Below, piece after piece: positions 56,701 through 64,000 of a stretch of DNA of 64,000 nt. Made by a program: the position numbers and the translations under genes. Numbering within the stretch: position 1 is the first letter of the stretch; every line of letters starts with the position of its first letter. Origin of the DNA: Macrostomum lignano (taxonomy: Eukaryota); assembly GCA_002269645.1 (NCBI GenBank), contig NIVC01002574.1:62001-126000 (forward strand). The letters run 5' to 3'. The notes below the pieces were generated by a model. It had not been told where the DNA came from and searched no databases. It saw nothing but the letters and a program-made list of their open reading frames with translations.

Positions 56701-58455
56701 TCCGCGCCGCCGAGCAAGCCTCCAAAGCTGAATCCGTCGCAGGCGGCCAGCAGGCTGTCCAGATTCGGGTCCAGCTGGAAATCGGCCAGCAGATCGTCCA
56801 GCAGGTGGACGCTCGGCGCCCGTGGCGGCTGCGACTCGCGCGGGCTCATCGGCCAGTCGGTGCCGGTGGCGCCAACGCCACGGCGCTTGATGTCTAGCTC
56901 CGTGTTCTGCGCCAGCCAGTCGCTATCGTACACAATGTCCATTGGCTCCTGGCAGCGCGATGTTTTCAACCTGTGCCGGTTCTGCCTGTAGAATGTGCGC
57001 CAGCTGTGGTACTCGTTGCACACTGTGTCAAGCCGGCGCTTCCAGTACTTGCCTTCCATGATCACGGACTCGGCCCTGGAGTGCGCCTGGGCCGGCGAGG
57101 ACAGGCAGGCAGTGGTGAGTGAATACCAATCTCAGACGGCCAGCTGAAGCATCGGGGGGAGGGCAGCAGCGGCCAGCTGAAGCATCGGGGGGAGGGCAGC
57201 AGCGGCCAGCTGAAGCATCGGGGGAGGGGAGGGCAGCAGCGGCCAGCTGAAGCATCGAGGGGAGGGCAGCAGCGGCCAGCTGAAGCATCGAGGGAAGGGC
57301 AGCAGCGGCCAGCTGAAGCATCGGGGGGAGGGCAGCAGCGGCCAGCTGAAGCATCGGGGGGAAGGCAGCAGCGGCCAGCTGAAGCATCGGGGGGGAGGGC
57401 AGCAGCGGCCAGCTGAAGCATCGGGGGGAGGGCAGCAGCGGCCAGCTGAAGCATCGGGGGGAGGGCAGCAGCGGCCAGCTGAAGCATCGGGGGGAGGGCA
57501 GCAGCGGCCAGCTGAAGCATCGGGGGGGGGAGGGCAGCAGCGGCCAGCTGAAGCATCGGGGGGGGAGGGCAGCAGCGGCCAGCTGAAGCATCGGGGGGGG
57601 GGAGGGCAGCAGCGGCCAGCTGAAACATCGGGGGGGGGAGGGCAGCAGCGGCCAGCTGAAGCATCGGGGGGGGGAGGGCAGCAGCGGCCAGCTGAAGCAT
57701 CGGGGGGGGGGGAGGGCAGCAGCGGCCAGCTGAAGCATCGGGGGGGAGGGCAGCAGCGGCCAGCTGAAGCATCGGGGGGGGGAGGGCAGCAGCGGCCAGC
57801 TGAAGCATCGGGGGGGAGGGCAGCAGCGGCCAGCTGAAGCATCGGGAGGGCAGCAACTCACCTCGTCGGCAAGCGGGTTGGCGAACTGCACAATCCGCGG
57901 CCGCTGCTGCCGCACGAACTGCAGATGATACTCCCGCCAGATAATATTATTCAGCCGAATTTTCTCTTTCACTTTGAATCGCATGCCGCGGAAGTCGTTC
58001 CACTTCGGATTGGTGATCTTGCCCGAGTAGGTGAGCTTCAGGTAGCACAGCAGCTTTGTCAGCGACTGGTCGAAGCTGATTGCGGCGGCACCAGCCGACT
58101 GCTCAGCGGTGCCGGCGCCAGTCGAAGCGGCAATGGCCGCCGTCGCAGCAGCCGCGGTTGACGCGCTAGCAGCGGCGTCAGCTGAGGAAAAGTTCACCAC
58201 GATTGGAGCGTCGGGGACAACGGCAGCCGGTCCGGAGCCTGCTGCCAGCATCGAGCGCTTCTTGTCAGTGTCGGAGAAATCGACGGGAAAGTCGGACAGA
58301 GAGTTGGAATCCGAGTCGGCGTCCTCCAGGTTGCTCATCATGAAGTGGCCGGAGTGGATCTGGGCGGACTCGGCCACTCCGGCAGCTCCCACTCCCACTG
58401 GCTGGCTGCCAGAGCCAGATGGGCGGCGCTGCGGCTGCTTGTCTGTCATCACCAT
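53704..58455 (-). CDS. MLXIP: MondoA/ChREBP (MLXIP/MLXIPL) family bHLH-ZIP transcription factor, ~837 aa; exons 58455-57862, 57086-55941, 55827-55753, 55175-54819, 54411-54282, 53915-53704
   Basis: Mondo conserved regions IHSGHFM, DQSLTKL, KITNPKW...RLNNIIWREYHLQF, EGKYWKRR, then a Pro/Gln-rich middle. bHLH-ZIP TEQARRVSINSAFDTL...AKAALLHKAA; DCD/WMC segment NWKFYLFS...WADQHFCL...TSILTDP. Junctions are phase-consistent. The exon-2 donor (55940) is the least certain, and MLXIP vs MLXIPL cannot be resolved. Confidence 0.88.
53946..54186. repeat. CCAAT-rich degenerate minisatellite (CTGATTGGCTGCTATTT) in last Mondo intron
   Basis: 13 ATTGGCT motifs counted in ~240 bp. Confidence 0.9.
54532..54745. 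repeat. 23-bp minisatellite (TCTACTTACTCTGAATCTCACAG) in Mondo intron 4
   Basis: Seen directly. Confidence 0.94.
55215..55635. repeat. ~29-bp minisatellite (TTAGCTGGCACTCCGATTCTGTCACTCTA) in Mondo intron 3
   Basis: Seen directly. Confidence 0.93.
57138..57855. repeat. ~33-bp minisatellite (GGCCAGCTGAAGCATC-G(n)-AGGGCAGCAGC) filling Mondo intron 1
   Basis: Seen directly; units differ mainly in G-run length. Confidence 0.97.
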
Positions 58456-61400
58456 GGCAACAGCAGGTCACTGTTTGGTTCCTTTGATCGCTTCGGTGCT
58501 CACTGTTAGTTAGTTTGCAAAGAATAGAGAGTAAAACAATGATTTACAGGTCGATTACAATGGCACGTGGCATCGAAAATCTCTGCTGCTTGAGTCTCCA
58601 ACTCCAAGGGACTTAAAGAGTTCACCCTGCTTTGAAGCTGGCAAAATTAATTTATTCATACTGCCCTTACCGACCCCACCCATCAAATCAACATTGGTTT
58701 CTGCTTTAACACACTTTTAAGATAACTTACAAACATGAGACTAACATAATATTTAGTTTTATCAGTTGCATTTTATTAGCAAAATGTTTTAGAAACAAAA
58801 AATATATTCTTTCAAAATAGACTATATACAAAAAAATAGCAATCTTAAGATACATGTATATCTTGTGTGGAAATGTACCCTTATAAGTTTTTACAACTTA
58901 TTTCTATCAAAAAACCCTATTTGTCTATATAGCCCAAAAATGATAATAATAAATAATTTTTATACCTTACTCATTATAATATAAATAATAAATACCAATA
59001 ACATTAAACAAAGTATCAAATTATGTAATACAAATTATAGATCATTTATTAAAATAGAATTGCAAAAGGCAACAAAGCCTAAAGTTTCTAAATATCTAAA
59101 TATTGGGGCTTATAAAAGTTAGAAAAGATCAAAACTTGTAGTTTAAGTAAAATTTTAAGTTTTTGCTAAGATCTCATGATTTTAGGATTGGGATATTGAA
59201 CATTTGACAAGATAATTTTTTTAATCCATCTTACCGTATAGATAGTTTTTTAATTAAACACTGAACATGGCTATGGCCATAAGGGCCAAAATATCACATT
59301 ACTATTTTTCACTGGCATCAATTTTGTTTTTTTTTAAAGGTCATAGGACAATGTGGTAAATGCTTATATTAGCATTAAAATAGGTGACATTGCCCCTTTT
59401 GTCAAATTTGTAACCTCAATAAAAGAAATATCTAGAACTAAATTGAAGATCAGATAGTATAGCTTATATTATAAATTTTGGCTAGAAATAGTAAGTTGGT
59501 ATAGGTTTAGCACATTTTGTTTAATAAATAGGGAATAGCAAGGAATCAGACAAATTATCTTACTTTTAAACTGTCTCACAAAAAATATTTAAATAAGAAA
59601 ATTAGACAAAATTTTCTAGATAAAGGGCTTAGGACAAATTTCTATATAACTTTGTAATATGACATTTATACAAGTCCAATGTTTAAATATAACAAAAAAG
59701 AAAGTCTGGTATAAACAAAAATATAATTATGATTTATGCCAACTGCTTTTTTTTTCTTGTATACACTTAATGCAATATTAATTTTAGATCTGGATCAAAG
59801 AAGTCAAATACCTTTTTTTAAATAAAAAATAAACTAAAATATTGTCTATAACACTAAATCTAATAGGCCTATTCTAATATAAAAAATAAACTAAATGAAT
59901 GTTAAAAAATAGGTTTATTTATATACAATAGGGTTCGATACTCTAGGCCTATGCATATACATTTGCAAGCAGAAAAAATATAAGCTTTTTTGTTTACAAA
60001 TCTTATTTTGATCTCTTGGTCTATAGGCCCTTACTATTCTAGTCTAGGCTTATAGACTATGCTTGATTCTTGGCCCCTTGGTATATAGTCTATAGACCAT
60101 GGTTTAGAATATGTATTTTATACTAGAAAATTCTAGAATATTTTGCCCTTCGTTAACAATCTTGGTATACACAATTGGGCAATCCTCTAGTTTTGCATGT
60201 TTAATTATTTTTTTAAACTTTAACAAAGTTTTTTCAGACATTTTAGTATTGCCCTCCCAAAATATGATATTGCCAAAGGTGTTGCATAGATGGCAATGGC
60301 GCCACAGAAACTTATTGAAGTAAGTGTTGAATAGCAAGGTGTCTAACCATTATTGAAAAAGAGTTATTGATCAAGGTTGACAAAGCAAGCAAGGCAAGAA
60401 ATCTTTTAGATAATTGTATAATCAGATAATCCCAGACTCTCCTATCCTTTTTAAAAAATGGAGCAATTGCAGGTTTTCACCAGGCCTATAGATATATTTT
60501 GACAATAGATTATAGACATACAGACGCACCTCCAAAATTTGGTTGGCCATGCACCTTAGTTTTAACAAAAATGCATCATAGTTTTTTGCCAAAAATGCGA
60601 GTCCTTACATGTAAAAAAACCCTAAAGCAAAAATAATGCAACTTTGGGTAAACAGAAGGAGTAATTATGACTGTCTTATTAAGCCAAAATGCCTTGTCAG
60701 CTACTTAGTACTACTACTTGGGTAATTTTTTGGGTAGGTATTTTTGCGACTTCCTTGGTTGGCTGCCAAATCAGTTGGCCGGATCGGCCGACTCGGCCAA
60801 CTGTTGCGCATGTATGATTATAGATATAGACATAAAATTGGCACATTGCCATGTCATAAACTCATGCAAATATTTACTCTCTGTTGTTAAAAATTCATTA
60901 AAATTTTAATAAATCATTAAATGTGTAAAATTAGAAGATTGCCTACAATTGATGTAAACCTATAAAAAATAGCTATTTGATTTAGCAATTGAAAACCTAT
61001 CTAATAAAACTTATTAGAGGTCTAATCTATCCATTGAATCTATTAATCTATTATGGTATTATGGTAAATAAAAACTATATTAATGTCACTTTTTACTGAC
61101 ATTGACAATGATCAAAGACTTTTGCCCCTAGCAAACAAATTGTTTTATAGTGCTAATGCCAAGCTTTTCTCTTTAAACATTTTTGTGCATATGCAATGCA
61201 AAATAAACAAATTATCAAAAAATATTTTTATCCCTATACTAAAAATGATCTGTCAGTAGGTAGGTATGGTATGTGTGTGATCGATTCTAGAAATTATTTC
61301 TAATATTATACTTATACTTTAGGCTTTAGGCTTAGTTAGGTTAAGGCCTATATAGGAAGATTGAAAATATTGATATTAGCTTTAAGTTATTTTTATAGTG

Positions 61401-62469
61401 GTATAGGGGCTTAATTATTATTTGATTGCCATTACACAACACATTTAAGATCCTGTCTGACATTTTTTGTCTATAATCTTAAGTGTCAAAGCACAGCTTT
61501 CATATAATATAGAATAGCATTATTATTACTTTCATATTTATTACTATTTTATCTAAGGCAATATTAAACTATAGGTCTATAAGTTGATTGAAGTAAAAAA
61601 GCACAAAAAATTATTCAAGCATCATCAGATTTATCGCTACAATTTTTTCATAAAACTACGTTGTAAAAACACAAAGACAGTTAAGACCTAACCCTAACCA
61701 ATTTTCATAGAAAACAAGATATTTAAAAATCGCGGTCCCACCTTTACGTTAATCTTGTCAACATCAACTTACGCGTATTTTATACACAGCGTAGACGCGT
61801 GTCAATCAGAGTCATCGGCTCATTTAGGATGGCCGCTCTTAGTCTGTGCCACAGAGTTTTGTGCATCGCGCATAGACGGCTGCAGTAGCCATTGGGAAAT
61901 TAAGCGTGTTGCTAGACGTATAGAAATTAACGGTAGCCAGCCAGAGGGAAAATGCACCTCCAACTTTTGATAAGATATCCTATATTCCTATGTTTTTTTA
62001 ATATGGTATAATCGAATTAAGCTTTAACTTTTTGTCTTGACTCGTTCCACCAAGCCTCCTCGGTTCTGGGCTTTAGCCCACCATTTTTTCGAACATGAAT
62101 CCTATACATATGGCTACATCCAGCTACGACGTACATGTAGGCGTTTACAGTTGCGAAAAGGCCCGAAGAGTAAAAGACATGTCGTCAGAGGATATCGTCA
62201 AGACTACGAGTAATTTTGAACAAAGTAGATTCATGAGGAGTGTAAAGTGACCCAGATCGAGATACGTGTACTCCTCCATTGCTGCTACATGTATTTTTAT
62301 GACTTATATTTAGCGCAGGGCACAAATCTCAGTGCTGGGGATGGGCAATATACTTTTTCATATACTAACGAATGTCGTTGAATAAAGCAAGTTTTCCCAA
62401 CCATTCCCAACAACCAAAAAACAACAAAATTCATTGTTTGCCAGTCAAGAAGCGAGTCATTTGAGAGGT

Positions 62470-64000
62470 AGGACAACGTCACAGGGCACGTGGGCTGCAC
62501 AGCCGGCAGTGTCCTGGGGAGTGCGCACCTAGCTGTCCACGCCAGTAGGGTGCCTGTGCAGCGTCAGCAGCAGCCTGCAGCTAGCACCGGCTGCAGACAG
62601 TGACTCGGCTCAGATGAACGGGACAGGCCGGTGCGGTGATAGAGTGCCACATTGCTGACGTGCTCGTAGTCGATCGTGAAAGCGCGGGGCGCCGCAGGCC
62701 AGCATGCGCCGCATCGACCTGCTGTTCGAGCGAGTCTGTCCAGGTCTCGGCGTTGCACAACAGGACCGTCTCCATCACCGCCTGGAACAACTCCGCCCTC
62801 TATCGTTCGGAAGTGCCTCGTCGGACTGCAGGACAGCCCTCACAGAACGGAAGGCAGCCCAAGAAAGTCCACGGCGACGTCGCAGATCCTCGTAAACGTC
62901 ATGGACACCATATTGCCGAGTTAGACGAACTACTGACAGTGCGCAAGCTTCCTCACCTGCGCGTCAGCGCCGTCGACGATCGAGGACAGCCGGGCGAGAT
63001 CATGCATCGGTGTAGCCAAGCACGCTGAGCCGCCTCTCCGGTTGGCGGCGACCCACGTCGCTGCAATAGGAAGCGGTCGTCGTTAGAAGGTAGAGTAGTC
63101 CACAGCACCCAGTCAAGCATCAGGACGAACAGGAACGGCGCAAGCGTATCTCCCTGAAGCACCCAGAGGATTCTAAAAGAAATCCGACAGGCCGTCCGGT
63201 GTCAGCACAGCAGCGCTCGTGCCTTGATACAGCGCCATGACGGCGGAATCAGCTGCTCTGGCACGTTGTACGCACGAAGCACCATTGGTAGCACGGCCCT
63301 CACGACCGAGTTGAAAGACTTCCTTAAGTCAATAAAGAGAGCAATCAGGCTCGACTGGCGAGTCCGCGCTTCTTCGATGATCCGGCGAAGAGCCAGGATC
63401 TGCGCCACTACTGTGCCGCGATGGGGCCGGAACCCGTTTTGCTCAGGCCGCAAATACGCATCCACGGGCAGAAACTGTGATAGCAGCATCCGGTTGAACA
63501 GCTTCGCAGTGCAGGACTGCAATCAGAACGCTCGGTGCTCCTCAAGCCGCGTGGTGCCCTGCTTCTTCGGAATAGCGACGATGTGGGCCGCGGTTCATTC
63601 GTTGGGTGCCGCCTCACCGAAAAGCACGCGGTTCGACATCACACTGGCGACCTCGCTGGCCACACAGTGGAGTCGCAGCGTCTCGATGGGCACCTCGTCC
63701 GGACCCAGCGCTTTGCCGCCCGGAGTCTCCGCAGGCAACGACGTCCCCGGCGGGCAGCCTCAGCTCGTCAAGCGGCCTCTCTAGCTGTCCTCGGTTGCCG
63801 AATCGCAGGGTCATCCTGCCACACCGGCTGCCTAGGTCGGGTACGTACGGAAGGAGGCGCGTACGCGCAGAACAGGCGAGCGTTCCGCCGCCGCGAAGCC
63901 GGACGTCGACCTGAAGCAGCTGGTCAGACGGAGATGTAGCGACAGCTCTGCTGCAGCCTCGGTCCGATCAGCACTCCAACTCCTCCACGGCCTCGTTGGT
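62470..64000 (-). mobile_element. Decayed RTE-like non-LTR retrotransposon (RT region and C-terminus), continues beyond the window
   Basis: Frameshifted fragments: AKLFNRMLL...LRPEQNGFRPHR...QILALRRIIEE...FIDLRKSFNSV, LQGDTLAPFLFVLMLDWVL, a degenerate YTD- in place of YADD, and FQAVMETVLLCNAETWT. These resemble RTE-clade RT. The 3' boundary is approximate. Confidence 0.85.

Overview
Eukaryotic (animal) genomic DNA with GC-rich exons, AT-rich spacers and introns largely filled by distinct minisatellites. This architecture suggests a Macrostomum-like free-living flatworm (inference, not verified). Seven spliced genes were reconstructed by hand with phase-consistent GT-AG junctions: the 3' part of a patatin/iPLA2-beta gene (+), an FRWamide/RFamide neuropeptide precursor (-), cytosolic carboxypeptidase 6/AGBL4 (+), CCDC89 (+), a six-cysteine single-pass membrane protein (+), a compact MAP1/Futsch homologue (+) and a MondoA/ChREBP bHLH-ZIP factor (-). 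Mobile DNA comprises a tRNA-derived SINE, a mariner remnant, a decayed RTE-type LINE and a near-intact Ty3/Gypsy element (27776-32320, -). The Gypsy element is the standout. It has gag-PR-RT-RNaseH-DDE integrase, PBS, PPT and a clean 5-bp target-site duplication, but its ends are ~213-bp INVERTED repeats, not direct LTRs. The 3' LTR is replaced by 16 nt of normal LTR start plus an inverted U3, with no R-U5. Most long repetitive ORFs in the supplied track are minisatellite translations and are not coding.
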